A DNA stretch of 62,991 nucleotides, filler included, from Asterionella formosa (taxonomy: Eukaryota): assembly GCA_002256025.1 (NCBI GenBank). It is 15 parts of 15 records of this genome, joined end to end, with 100 filler letters (N's around TTAATTAATTAA, not from the genome) between each part and the next. Parts side by side here need not be neighbours in the genome. Positions count along the whole stretch, not along the records: positions 1 to 22,053 come from NKIB01002873.1; positions 22,154 to 23,503 come from NKIB01002879.1; positions 23,604 to 24,952 come from NKIB01002880.1; positions 25,053 to 26,401 come from NKIB01002881.1; 11 more parts are not named here. One strand, 5' to 3'. A model generated the notes under the pieces. That model searched no databases. It saw only the letters and a list, made by a program, of their open reading frames with translations, and was not told the origin of the DNA. Position numbers and translations under genes: made by a program. Below, in pieces: positions 12,597-25,400 of this stretch. Every line of letters starts with the position of its first letter. Position 1 is the first letter of the stretch.

Positions 12597-13121
12597 ACAA
12601 CAGTTATCTTGTAGTACAATGTCTTCAAAAAACCACAAAGAGGTTCATAGAAACAAGCGACATGTGTCAAACGCTGCCAGTATGGAACAAAGAAGCAAGT
12701 ACTAAAATGAGTTAACAAAAGAAAAAGCGAATCAGCAATTGTCCAAAGGAACCCAATTGGCGACAGGGAGTTAGTGGGGGTACGACCCCATCGTCGATGG
12801 GGACACCATCAGCTACACACCAGGATCCCCTAATTGATACTGAAAGCGATGATAACGTTTCTTTTTCAGTTGTTGCTGCAAGAAAAATGGCTCCTGTGGA
12901 TGATACCATTAATAACTCCTGGATGCAGATGGACAACATGGTACCATATCATAAACTTTCTAATCGCACGGACCAACAAGTACATGACAAACTAAGGGGA
13001 AAACATTTTGCACTTGCCAAAGGATATTATCAATTCTTGGTCAATTAAGTCAATCACTACAACGGTCGTAATTCGGTTCAAAACTCGTCCATGCGAGGTT
13101 ATCAAGAATCTTCTATTTCAG
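12597..13121 (+). repeat. ~525-bp near-identical direct duplication (second copy 16834-17358)
   Basis: Same short ORFs in both copies (12797..13048 and 17034..17285); about 3 substitutions seen. Confidence 0.95.
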
Positions 13122-13206
13122 AAACCAAAGAATAATGTTAAAGCAAATGCCATAATAATAATAATAATTGAATCGTTATTGGGTACTCTTATTTTATTTA
13201 TGTGGT

Positions 13207-13484
13207 GAAACCAGCACTTTATAGCCGTGAGGCAGCATAAGTTTGCCATTATAGTACTGTAGCCGCAACAGCTTGTTGGTCAGTGAATATTGTCATTGCA
13301 AAAACTCACAATTATTGGTTTGATCACATAATTATTCGATAAGTGAAATAAAAAAAAACAAAAAAATTCTGGTTCAACCCAAATAAATTCCGAAAAAAGT
13401 AAGTAGCATAATATTTTCGAAAGTGATTAAGTCACTTTAGATACACATAATTTCGAAAAAGTGCTGTAAACGGTGTCCAAGATG
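13207..13484. mobile_element. Diverged terminus of CATCT-ended family A1
   Basis: Aligns to ~230-471 (TGATCACATAATTATTCGATAAGTGAAATA...CGAAAAAGTGCTGTAAACGG) and ends at the same position (..AGATG). Confidence 0.7.
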
Positions 13485-15299
13485 TGGAACCGCATTTGTT
13501 TTGATCTTGGTGATAAAGTACTTGACTTTAACAGCCATCAACAATGGTACTAAACTTGAATTTAACAATCATTAACAATGGGAGTATATTTGGTGAGTTC
13601 ACCATCATGTGGAAGTTTACAGCTGTTGTTCGCTTTCAACAATTCCATTTCAGTCGAAGCAATGCCAAGCAAACATCTGTCTATCATCTCTTTAGTGAGA
13701 TCAGGCTTAAGCCTGGTGATTTTTCTTGCATTCGGCATGATGCTCAATATTGTGAGTGGTAAAGTTTAAAAGTCATCATACATACCCATCAGGGTAATTT
13801 TCACTGTTCTACTATTTATTCTACCTCATGCACAATACACTCATGTATCCTATTCTATTCTTTGGACATGTCATTTCATTGACCGGTATTTTTACGGAAT
13901 TATTATTGACAAGTTTATGGATAAGACATACAATGCGGGAAATTTATATTCAACCTTGCACACAACATGAGATGAGAACTCCAAACTTGGGATAATCCGT
14001 GCTTTTCCCTTTTTTTCGGCACTTTTGACCAAAATTAACGAAAGATCGACGCCCAATCGGCTGAGGACTAACAGTATGACTCCATCTGGTATACTATGAT
14101 GCTCAAGATATATTCTAGAGCTGACGAAATTGAAATTGAATGATTTTTAAAGGCACAACGTGTTTTTTATACTGTCGTCGTGGGCCAATCCAGTTCGAAA
14201 ATTTTCCCAGGCAGTGGATAACTGCAGTTTTTTACTGGTACCTGGTACCCGGTACCCGGTACCAGCAAGTAGGTGGGGATAGTACCTGGTACCTGGTACG
14301 GTAGGATAGGACATCGGTATGTACTATTATGTATGTAGCAAAAGAAGAATAATCAATTCCTGAGCAGCCAGCTATGAGACATAAGTACCAGGTAGCATCA
14401 CTTCTTCGGTCATGACACTTGCCCGCATAAACATATCATAGCGGTATGTATTCATTAGAACAGCACTCACAACGCGTTTGACAACGAGCGAATCTTAGCG
14501 AACAACCGACCATTACAGTCTACCTATTTCAAATGAGCAACTATAGTACCCCTGAAGACTCGTTTGAGTTCGATTATCCTCCTCCTATGGATAACACTCC
14601 ACACCAACTTGCATCTACTGTGACATCTCAGCAGAGTGAAAAGGACGAAGCGGCTGCGATTGTAGCTCGCGCTGTCGCCGACAAGGCATCGAGGGACGCT
14701 GATATGAAACGAGTTAAGTCGGGGGATATGAGCAAGGATGATCTTCAGGCCATGATCAACGCCAAGTTGGCTGCGTCCAAGAAGCGATAAGATTTCTTGA
14801 TAGACTTCGGAGACGAACTGACATTTTGCGGTCGTGATTTTGTAGAGTGAATATTTGTTGAAATGCGAACCCCTTCTCGAGCCAACTGCGGAATTAATTT
14901 GAATCAAGGAACTTTTGGCACGATTGCACGAGGAGAGGTTTCTTTGGTGGGAAGAATCGTGTGGCTGCCTTGATATACTTGTGGGGTTTTAGCGGGGAAG
15001 ATGACAAGATATTTTTTATCTTGAGGAACTGCTAATAGCGTAAATAATTAATAGATCAGTAATCTTATTGGTGGTTCCATGTATGCCGACGAAGTGGAAT
15101 TCAAGGTTTCTTGACCCCTTTAGAGTCCTAAACTTGAATAGAACGACACAGTGGCAGCGGCAAATCTGATAAATACACGTTATGAAGTCCTCTCGCTATA
15201 TTAGAGGCCATTCACGGATATAGTATTCGTGTGAAGGTACATGTACTAAATCTACCGATAAATTTCTATTTATGTAAGACTACAACTGGTAAATGCTGA

Positions 15300-15660
15300 A
15301 GGCAATTATTCCCGCTCCAACAACAATCGTCTTGCCATTCGGGTACTTCTTCTAAGTAATTTTTGGGCTCTAAGTAATTTCTTATGTATTTTTTATTTAG
15401 GGGCAATATGGGGCACATCGAATTTTTCGGCAATAAAATTGCCAATTTTAGCATGACAGCCAGATTAACAGTAAATGTTGGTTTCTTTAATTGGTCAAAG
15501 AACACCACCATGGAGAAGAGAAAATTTCGGATCATCGAAAAATTCACAAAAAAAGGATTGTTGTAACATGCGGATGTCAAAAATTGCTGCGCATCATGAT
15601 GTTTTACAACCAAAGTATGATTCATCAACAACAAAGGTAAGCAACGAGATGATTATTCAA
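15300..15660 (+). repeat. Family B copy
   Basis: Matches 7832-8080 and 32922-33200. Confidence 0.75.
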
Positions 15661-15782
15661 GTAGGGAGAGAGTAAAAAAGAGAGAAGGAAAGGAATATAG
15701 ATTGGGTGAAAAGATCGTCAACAAAAAATAGGTTTAACTTCAATGTCACAAAAAACTTACACTCTGTTTTTACGTCATTTCA

Positions 15783-16713
15783 TCACGGGCAGAAAATGAA
15801 TTTTTCAATACGGAGGAGGAGCTGGGGCAATTGTATATGCTGCTGGAATGGTGATGTTGTGGTGGATGGGTGGGTGGGTGCTGGGGATGGAGTTGGCTGG
15901 TGGTGGTAGTAGACTGATGCTGGTTGACTGCTGGCTGGAGGCAGCATATCATAGTATCCATGAGGAGGAGGAATCATAGGACGAGGAAGAGCATGGGAGT
16001 AGTACATTTGTTGTGGTGGCGCCGGGGGTGGAGGATGAGAATATGGCTGCTGATAGGAATAAAAAACATTGTTGGGTGGGGGAAGGGGGCCGGGATGGTA
16101 GATTACATGTTGTGCTGGAGGCGGCGGACCAGAACTGTATAGCTATGTGTTGAGGAGTTTGAAGCAGATGGTAGGAGTTGTAGTAGTGGATGGGAGCTGG
16201 AGGATGAGCATGAGAAGCTGGGTCAGTAAAGGGCAACAAAACAACTTTACAATCAACAATAGGATTGTCAATTTGAATGGAAATTGCAGCCGATTTCTTG
16301 GCATCAGGAGGAACAACTGTAAGGCACAATAATATTTCTCGGGAATTTCGGAATTTTGTGCTGGTCCTCATTGTCTTCAACTATTTCAAAAACTGCTAGC
16401 CTTCTTGCTAAATGCTACATTTCCTTTGATGCCAGCTGGTATCTGGCATTGATTTCAGCTGATCCATGCCTGGATTTGTCGAGAATTATTTTTGTAGGTA
16501 CTAAGGAAACACTAGAGATGACAAGGGAAGAGATCATACTCTTCCTCCTCCCATGGGCAGTGCAACGAGCAGCTTAATCCATGCCTGCAGCTATTGCTAG
16601 GTCGACACATAGTCTTGTAGCATATCCTTTACCAAGAAAGTCTCCCTTCTTGTTTCCTGCCTCATATGTTAGCCCTAGCATGCGTTGGTTCTTAGTGATG
16701 GATATACGAGGAG
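15783..16713 (-). pseudogene. Crypton-like tyrosine recombinase relic (C-terminal catalytic exon + Pro/His-rich tail)
   Basis: Minus-strand frame reads LGKGYATRLCVDLAIAAGMD*AARCTAHGRRKSMISSL...KSRHGSAEINARYQLASKEM*. HxxR at ~16555, second His at ~16468, catalytic Tyr at 16439-16441, all in frame; stops at 16574-16576 and 16415-16417. Preceded by a branch point and acceptor (GCTAAT..TTTTTCTACAACATAG). Confidence 0.68.
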
Positions 16714-16833
16714 CTATGTTGTAGAAAAAGACGAACATTAGCTAGTCAATAGTATGCACAACAAATCACCAATACAAATTTGGTACCAGGTGTTATAAAT
16801 CACCTGCGTGTACAAGGGATTACACACATAACA

Positions 16834-17358
16834 ACAACAGTTATCTAGTAGTACAATGTCTTCAAAAAACCACAAAGAGGTTCATAGAAACAAGCGACAT
16901 GTGTCAAATGCTGCCAGTATGGAACAAAGAAGCAAGTACTAAAATGAGTTAACAAAAGAAAAAGCGAATCAGCAATTGTCCAAAGGAACCCAATTGGCGA
17001 CAGGGAGTTAGTGGGGGTACGACCCCATCGTCGATGGGGACACCATCAGCTACACACCAGGATCCCCTAATTGATACTGAAAGCGATGATAACGTTTCTT
17101 TTTCAGTTGTTGCTGCAAGAAAAATGGCTCCTGTGGATGATACCATTAATAACTCCTGGATGCAGATGGACAACATGGTACCATATCATAAACTTTCTAA
17201 TCGCACGGACCAACAAGTACATGACAAACTAAGGGGAAAACATTTTGCACTTGCCAAAGGATATTATCAATTCTTGGTCAATTAACTCAATCACTACAAC
17301 GGTCGTAATTCGGTTCAAAACTCGTCCATGCGAGGTTATCAAGAATCTTCTATTTCAG
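16834..17358 (+). repeat. Second copy of the 525-bp duplication
   Basis: Near-identical to 12597-13121. Confidence 0.95.
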
Positions 17359-18538
17359 GCAGCCTTATCAGAACATCATTCCCGCTTAGCTAAAATTGAA
17401 CCATCAATTGTCACAAAGGTTGTGAGTTTTATTTTCAAGACCAAGAAGTTTTGCTTTGAACATGTAAGTTTGATGTTATAGTTCATGAATTGCAAGTACT
17501 GTAAAACAGAATATCAATCAAATGTGCATTTTTCTGGTCCCAAAAGAGAATCAAACATCCCGCCGCCCTATCTGGTCCAAGTAGTATGAAAGGCATTTCC
17601 AATCACAAACAGGATTCTTGGTTTGCCCAATGTTGCCTAACTCGGCTATACACAGAGAATCTGGAGTTAGGCAAAGAAGTGGAGAGTGACCCAGAGCTTG
17701 CCGATTTGGACCATTGAACGTACCAACAAGGCACGTTTAGATTACATCAAATCAACATTTGGTGGCATGTGGCTGCATTAAAAAGTTGAGAGAATGTCAA
17801 AATGTATTGAATAATCAATTTAAAGGAATCTTAGGTAAGTTCTTGCAGGGAGATGCTCCGAAAGCATGATGTTTTGATTTGGTGATTGTATTCTTATCAA
17901 ATATGTTTGAATTGAAAAATTGTAACGTAACTCATGACACACCAGCTGTTCTAACAGAATATATTTTCCAGACTATGGATTTTGATGACTTTATTAGGTG
18001 CATCTAAGACGCCATTTACGGCACTTTTTCGAATTTACGTGTAAAGCGATGTATTTATGCTACTTTTAAAAAATATTATGTTACTTTTCTAAAATATTTT
18101 ATTACTTTTCCCTAATTTATTCGGGCTCAACAAAAATTTATTTCACTTATCGAATAATTATGTAATCATACCAATAATTATGTGTGGTCATGACAATATG
18201 TGTTGACCAACAAGCCATCGCGACAGTATAAAAGCGAAATTATGCTGCTCCTCCGCAATATTATGCTGCTCTCACCATATAATGAACAAAACAGTTGCCA
18301 ATTCCGATTCACTTATTATTTTTTCCGCTCCGACATTTTTCTTTGATCTGAACTGGCAAAGAATAACACATGCAAGAGGAAGATTCACACTGTAGAATTC
18401 AGCACACGTAGTACTAGTAGTTGATGTTGTAGGCACATTGGCTGTTTAGTCATTGTTGATTGTAGAGATTACAATAGCCTGCCAGATCAGAAATAAAGCA
18501 CCGTTGGTACTAGTTGCTTGAGCATCGTTGAGCATGAT

Positions 18539-19460
18539 TGCATGTCGCCGTAGTGAATCGAAATTGAGATGTGCCACAATGGCCTTCTCCGTTTCGGAGC
18601 AGCTACAAATAGTCTACAGCGATAACTCTAGCAAGTACAATATAGAAAAAGAAGCAGAGGATGAGTAGCTGACAACAATTGAATTCGTAAATTCGTCAAG
18701 AAACAGCTGTTGTATATTTTTAATATTCAATGCATGTTGCCATAGTGAGTCAAAATTGAGATTTGCCGCAATGGCTTTCTACTATTCGGAGCATCTACAA
18801 ATAGTCTACAGCGATAACTCTAACAAGTACAAAATAAAAAAAGAAGGAGAGGAGGAGCAGCTGTCAACGATTGAATTCGTAAAATTTTTAGAAACAGCTG
18901 TTGCATATTATAACATTCAATGCATGTCGCCGTAGTGAGTCAAAATTGAGATGTGCCGCAATGGCCTTCTTCGTTTCGGAGCAGGTACAAATAGTCTACA
19001 GCGATAACTTAGCAATCCCAATATAGAGAAAGAAGGAAAGGATGAGTAGCTGACAACAATTGAATTCGTAAATTTGTGAAGAAACAGCTGTTGCATATTT
19101 TTAATATTCAATGGCTGCATGTCGCCGTAGTGAGTCGAAATTGAGATGTGCCGCAATGGTCGTCTCCTTCTCGGAGCGGCTACAAATAGTCTGCAGCGAT
19201 AACTCTAAGAAATACAATATAGAAAAAGAATCAGAGGAGGAGCAGCTGTCAACGATTGAATTCGTAAATTTGTTTAGAAACAGCTGTTGCATATTTTAAC
19301 CTTCAACACATGTCGCCGTAGTGCTTCGAAATTGAGATTCGCCACAACGGCCTGCACCTTTCCGAAGCAGCTACGAATAGTCTAAAGTTGTGACTTTCGC
19401 AAGCACAATATATAAAAACAAGCAAAGAATGAGTAGCTGTCAACGTTTGAATTAGTAAAT
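18539..19460. repeat. ~190-bp tandem array, ~5 units
   Basis: Units start TGCATGTCGCCGTAGTGA at ~18539, 18731, 18921, 19116, 19307; about 3 inverted units at ~24400-24952. Confidence 0.92.
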
Positions 19461-19547
19461 CAGTAATATTAGTAATAATTTTGGTTCCTAGTTCATTTGC
19501 CCTTTGACAATGGTCAATTTGTCAAAAAAAATTGAAATTCATTTTCA

Positions 19548-21217
19548 CTAAACTGGAGTGAAGTTCAATTGTCTTGCAACTTCTTTCATTGACCGTTTGA
19601 AATACTCATATTCACTCCTAGTCTCATTTTCCACCTTTATTCTTTCATTCTTCATCTCTTGGAAGTACCAATCTGTGGCACATTTGACTTGGTCTGGGGG
19701 AAAGTGAATAATCACGTTCAAACTCTTTGTACTCTTTGAACTCTTTGCACTCTTAGTACTACCAGTTGTTATCCTTGAAGTTCTTCCTGAAATAACTTGT
19801 GGAGTCAATCCACTCATGGAAGATGCCGGAGTTGTGCTTACTGGAAGAGAAATGGCCACTAGATCATTACGAACTCTAATGGCAGGCACATTGTTGTTCC
19901 CTGGTGTTACTTCAATGAAAATTTCCATCAGTTAGTCAATATTTTCCATGAACGTCAGTTCAACTATTCCACTTTGTTCACTTCCCCGAAGTGACTAACC
20001 TTGTGGAACTCCAGCCAAAACAAGAAGATTGGACTTAAAGCTGATTTCCAACTGCCTGCTCATGGCAGTTGTCCTTGGATGAGCAACTATGTCATACAGG
20101 CTGTTGAAGCTGGCATATCCCTATGCGTCCCAGCCCCCATATCTCTTTCCCTGTCCTCCAGTACCGGTATGAACGTATTTTGGTGCAGGAGTATCATCTT
20201 CATGACCTTTCATCATTGCCTTATGCAACCAGACATCCCAACAATTCTCCAAGACCAACAATGAAAAAACCTCTTCAGAAACACTTACAATGTCACTGAC
20301 ATGCTTCTTAGCACACTGACGTTTCCAAGACAGCTTTCGCCCAACCCTGGAATAAAAGTACTCAACTAGAAGGAAGAAAGAAAAAATGATTCTTGTCTCC
20401 TTCTCCATCACCTGTCTCCTGAATAGAAACAGAACGGCTGTAGGAGATGATATGCTTATTCAGATGAATGTGCATACCATCACGAAAAAGTCCTGAAGTT
20501 TTGTAGATTGGAATGGAATGATTTGTAAGTATTAAGCAATGAGTATGTTTAAGAGGTCAAGAAGAAATCAGGCATACCAAGTCAACAAGTTGTTTACTTA
20601 CTAGCAAAGACATGTTTGAGAGTGGTAACAACAGCATTTCTTTTCTCAGACATCACTTTATTAATATCATTCTTACATGTCTGCCAAATTGACTTTAATT
20701 CCTTATCAGTTCCCATGAATAGGCTTGGGAAGTGAGCACGAAATGAGAGTGCCAGACTAGTTGGTCCCCTTTCATCAAGGTCAATATCACCTGTGATAAA
20801 CTTTACTTTTGGAAAAAGTTCAAGTTTGACCCATTGACCAACATTTCGGTTCCAATGCCATGGCCACCAGAAAGTTGAAGTCTTTGCTTCTCCGTTACTT
20901 CCCGAAGCTCGTCAATATACTTTCTACTTTTCTTCAACTCAGATTGAAGAAACTCTAAGGAAAGGCCCTTGTGATCAGAAATAGTCGAAATGTTTTTTTA
21001 CCATCAGTTAATGAATGAGACTTTCATCCTCATCACTGAAGAAATCGCTGTTCTCTGCTCCAGGAATAGAGACTCCATTGTCACGTTCACTGTCAGATGC
21101 AGAGGAAGCCTCAGCCTGCTGAGACAGCTCCTGAATATGTTTTGACATGATATCCGAAATAGTTTGCCAGAGATTTATAGCAATTGGATCGCGAACAACC
21201 ACTGATTGATCACTCAT
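19548..21217 (-). pseudogene. Decayed, probably intron-containing gene(s) of unknown function inside the repeat element
   Basis: Fragments such as VSVSEEVFSLLVLENCWDVW...PKY...YGGW and FIEVTPGNNNVPAIRVRNDLVAI; the latter recurs at 23609-24310 (+) with an extra internal segment. Confidence 0.5.
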
Positions 21218-21708
21218 TTATTCGCAACAGTGGACATTTTCCCTTTGGCTGAAATTGCAAATGGCCATTGTTGCTAGTCTACCGGTCTACTGGTAGACTG
21301 CTACACTAATAATAATCAAGCATCATCACCTTCAAAATTCAACAGTTACTGAATGGCGCGACAGTAAAAGTACTTGCTACTAGTAGCTACTAGCAGCGAT
21401 TCAGGGAAATTATACGCACAAACAAGGACCAGGTATTGTATATAGTACATCCGAGTATTCGTGCGTCTTGTACTATTTATCTAGTAGGTACTAGATGCAG
21501 GTGCTAGGATTCGGACACAAAAACATTGCAACTAGCTACTACTGGCTTCCTGCCTGTTTGTTGGAACAGAAAAACTGCCAGCCATCCTCACATGACTCTA
21601 TATTTCTCTAATAATTGCACTTTTTCGCAACAATTGCGTTACTCTCCTCTTCTCTCTTTCCTTTCTCCCTTCGAGACTTCTTTCTCGCTCAAGAACAGAC
21701 CAGCCAAG

Positions 21709-22053
21709 ATGTGCGATGGTTTCTGTCCTTTCGAGGATCACAGGGCTCAGTATGGTGATGATGATACTATGTATCCTCATTACCACATCAAGACGAATTT
21801 CAGTGTTCCTTTCACTACTGACTAGTTTAAGAGTAATTGCGACAGTATGGACAAGTTACTTGAGATTGGTATGTTCAAGGATTTCCAGAGAGATCCTGAA
21901 TTGTCCATGAAGAAACTCTATCTTCGATTGATCAGCGCGTATGAGAATGAGTCCTTTCTCCCTCAACGCTATTGGTTGGTCCCCTTCAGTCCAGAGTCTA
22001 TGAGTCTGATCCGCGAGGGATACAGGACTCATGTGGATTATCCACTGCTCTAT
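21709..22053 (+). pseudogene. Short ORF interrupted by in-frame TAG, runs off contig
   Basis: MCDGFCPF...FTTD*FKSNCDSMDKLLEIG... in one frame with TAG at 21823-21825; no recognisable domain. Confidence 0.3.
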
Positions 22054-22153
22054 NNNNNNNNNNNNNNNNNNNNNNNNNNNNNNNNNNNNNNNNNNNNTTA
22101 ATTAATTAANNNNNNNNNNNNNNNNNNNNNNNNNNNNNNNNNNNNNNNNNNNN
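22054..22153. other. Artificial contig linker (N44-TTAATTAATTAA-N44), first of 14
   Basis: Identical 100-bp linkers also start at 23504, 24953, 26402, 48523, 49971, 51419, 52867, 54315, 55762, 57208, 58654, 60100 and 61546; small contigs are 1346-1350 bp in descending size. Confidence 0.99.
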
Positions 22154-22475
22154 TATAGAATTACGTGAACAAAAATTTAAGGCAATGTGAACTGAATTAC
22201 AGAATTAATTGAAGTATTTCAAATAATTATGTGAAGTATTTCAAATAATTATGTGATGTATTTCAAATAATTATGTGAAGGTGATCACGTAATATAGTGA
22301 TGATTAGGAATGCATGCATGATACTCTGATCAAATAATGAACGTGATGTATTCAGATAATATATAGATATATTCAAGTAAGCATTTTGATGTATTCAACT
22401 AATTCATGTGATCCATTCAAAATCAACTAGGCTTATTTACGTGATGGTCACTTCACGTAATACGCGGCTTAGATG
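22154..22475. mobile_element. Right end of CATCT-ended family A2 (TIR 22456-22475) with 22-bp subterminal repeats
   Basis: Reverse complement of 22456-22475 is CATCTAAGCCGCGTATTACG, 18/20 identical to 59648-59667. GTGAAGTATTTCAAATAATTAT occurs about 3 times at ~22210-22280. Confidence 0.7.
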
Positions 22476-22957
22476 CTACAGAATGTTCTGCAATGCTCTC
22501 ATCTCAATGACTATTGGTGCAGCTTTCACTTCCACCTTCCCCCCCCCCCCTAATCTAATTCTGAAGGTTGTTGTACTGGTTGCCTTGCACCCCTGCTTGC
22601 TTTGTTCCTTTTACTCTTGAGGGTTCTGAGTTTGCATTCACGCACTATTGAATCCGTTTCGTTGTTCCAATCAGACATACTAACAAAGAGAAGCAATTCA
22701 TTGTTAGCTGTTCATGTTTTGCTTACACAACAACATGCATTTCGTTTCTATCTGCCTTCACTTACCACAAATTGAGGAGGTAACTGATGCATATTTCTGT
22801 AGAAGAATGGCTGTGTCAGTCGAAGATTGAATGAGAAGTAAAGTATCGATCAATAAATGGGCTCCAACACTGCTGTTTGTAACTTACAAATACTAATTGT
22901 CTACCATTATCGTGAAAGAAGCAACACATATGTGTCAGTTTTTCTAACAGTTGTAGA

Positions 22958-23503
22958 TTGATCCAAAGATCCACACGTGTGCCCCCAACTATCATACAGC
23001 CTGAACTTCTTGCATCCATTCCTACCAATGTGATGGGTGATGCTGATTGCCACCCTGAGGGTCTTGCAACCCCTACCCATATGTCTTTTGCGTCCATTAT
23101 TGCACCCACAGGCCAAATTTACACTGATCAAACCGGAAAATTCATACTCCCCTCCAGCACTGGAAACAACTACATTATGATTTTATATGATTATGACAGC
23201 AACTACATTTTCGTTCAGCCCTTTCATAACCGAACCGCTTCCTGCCTCCTTGCAGCATATAAAACATTACACCAACGTTTGTGCAAAGCTGGCTTAAGTT
23301 CCAAACTTCAACGCCTTGACAATGAGTGTTCTACACTCCTCAAAGACTTCTTGGACGCCGAAGCTATTGACTTTCAGTTGGTCCCGCCGGCTGTCCATCG
23401 TCGCAATGCCGCTGAACGTGCAATTCGCACCTTTCAAAATCATTTCATTGCCGGTCTATGCAGTGTCGACAAACACTTTCCTCTCCACTTGTGGGACCAA
23501 ATA
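22958..23503 (+). mobile_element. Ty1/Copia (diatom CoDi-like) integrase core fragment
   Basis: GQIYTDQTGKF...YDYDSNYI...RLDNECS...PPAVHRRNAAERAIRTFQNHFIAGL...FPLHLWD (D,D,E triad); open to the contig end. Confidence 0.88.
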
Positions 23504-23603
23504 NNNNNNNNNNNNNNNNNNNNNNNNNNNNNNNNNNNNNNNNNNNNTTAATTAATTAANNNNNNNNNNNNNNNNNNNNNNNNNNNNNNNNNNNNNNNNN
23601 NNN

Positions 23604-24952
23604 GGCAGTTGGAGATCAGCTTTAAGATGTTCATGGAAAATATTGACTCACTGATAGACATTTTCATTGAAGTTACGCCAGGGAACAACAGTGTGCCTGC
23701 CATTAGAGTTCATAATGATCTAGTGGCCATATCTCTTCCAGTAAGCACAACTCAGGCATCTTCCATCAAGGGATTGACTCCACAAATTATTTCAGGAAGT
23801 TCTTCATGGATAACAACTGGTAGTAATAAGACTGCAAAGAGTTCAAAGAGTACAAAGATTTTGAACGTGATTATTCACTTTCCCCCAGACCAAGTCAAGG
23901 GTGCCACAGATTGGTACTTCCAAGCAAGAGATGAAGAAAAAGATGTATGTGGAGCTTCGGATGAAGAAAAAGAGTGAAATTTATAAGGCTTGTATTGATC
24001 AGAACATTGCACCCCCAGACCTTTCTGGAGATGAAATTAAAGAAGGGATGATGAATGATGAAAGCTACATTAAAAACTTCGAGGAGGTTGCAGCAAAGGG
24101 CGAGAGGGGAAAAAAGCGGCTAAGAAGAAGATCTACGCAAAGTTGCACAGGGACTTTTACAGGTTCAAGAAAAGCAAATGAGACGAAGAATCAGTGGAGA
24201 CGACAGATGAAAGAATCAAGGTGGCAAATGAAAATAGGAGTGAATATGAGTATTTCAAACGGTCAATGAAAGAAGTTTCAAGGCAATTGAACTTCACTCC
24301 AATTTAGTGAAAATGAATTTCAATTTTGACGAATTGACCATTGTCAAAGGGCAAATGAACTAGGAACCAAAATTATTACTAATATTACTGATTCACTAAT
24401 TCAATTGTTGACAGCTACTCATTCTTTCCTTCTTTTTCTATATTTTGTTTGCTAAGGTTATCGCTTTCGAGTATTTGTAGCTGCTCCGAAAAGAAGAATG
24501 CCATTGCGGCAAATCTCAATTTCGAAGCACTACGCCAACATGCATTGAATGTTTAAATATGCAGCAGCTGTTTCAAAACGAATTTACGAATTCAATCGTT
24601 GACAGCTGCTCCTCCTCTGCTTCTTTTTCTATATTGTACTTGTTAGAGTTATTGCTGTAGACTATTTGCAGCTGCTCCAAAAAGGAAATGGCCATTGCGG
24701 CACATCTTAATTTTGACTCACTACTGCGACATGCATTGAATGTTAAAAATATGCAACAGCTGTTTCTTAACGAATTTACGGATTCAATTCCTTGTTGTCA
24801 GCTACTCATACTTTACTTCTTTTTTTATATTGTACTTGCTAGAGTTATCGCTGTAGACTATTTGTAGCTGCTCCGAAACGGAGAAGGCCATTGCGGCACA
24901 TCTCAATTTTGACTCACTACGGCGACATGCAAGGTTAAAATATGCAACAGCT
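23604..24952. repeat. Inverted paralog of ~18540-19960 (ORF relic + 190-bp array)
   Basis: Direct sequence and peptide match (DIFIEVTPGNNSVPAIRVHNDLVAI; QVKGATDWYFQ). Confidence 0.9.
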
Positions 24953-25052
24953 NNNNNNNNNNNNNNNNNNNNNNNNNNNNNNNNNNNNNNNNNNNNTTAA
25001 TTAATTAANNNNNNNNNNNNNNNNNNNNNNNNNNNNNNNNNNNNNNNNNNNN

Positions 25053-25400
25053 ATCGAGAGGACCTGCACCCATCAAGGATTAGGAAGGTTGGGGGTCCGT
25101 TCTTTTGAGAAAAGATGCCAGAGTGATCCATATGGTTTGGCAAGCCAACCAAAAGCTCTACAGTGATTGATCCGTTTTCTGGAACACAGCAGTATTTTGG
25201 CATTTATTTTCCTTCTACATCACAGGCTGTTCCTGGTTAATATCATTTCCCTTTCCGCTGTTGCCATCTGTGTTTAATTTGCCTCTACTCGATCTTCCCA
25301 AGCAGCAAATGGATCTACGCCGAGCACCCATTCTTTTTTCAGGATTTTGCGGCGAAAATAATTGCTCAAGTGATTGGTTGCCCATTAGCTGCAGTAAGGC
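25053..25400 (-). pseudogene. pogo-like (DDE_1) transposase relic
   Basis: Across frameshifts: TAANGQPI..AIIFAAK..WVLGVDPFAAW...PKYCCVPENGSITVELL...PTFLILDG, matching the T..G-P and LLLDGH regions of pogo/DDE_1 transposases. Confidence 0.62.

Larger units (their letters stand above)
18001..21220. mobile_element. Left arm of a large CATCT-ended element (family A1): terminus, ~190-bp tandem array and decayed minus-strand ORF(s)
   Basis: Starts CATCTAAGACGCC (inverse of 1-471). Region ~18540-19960 has an inverted paralog at 23604-24952. Right boundary uncertain. Confidence 0.55.

Noticed and set aside
14533..14790. 85-aa ORF
   Set aside because: Plausible composition but no recognisable domain; downstream frame is broken.
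12597..17358. 525-bp direct repeats as LTRs of one retroelement
   Set aside because: No TG..CA ends, PBS, PPT or gag/pol between them.
1..18482. 1-471 and 18001-18482 as the two TIRs of one 18-kb element
   Set aside because: The CATCT termini face each other with element bodies extending outward, so they are ends of separate copies.
11978..19460. 115-bp and 190-bp arrays as CRISPR
   Set aside because: Whole units are homologous with no unique spacers, no cas genes, eukaryotic context.
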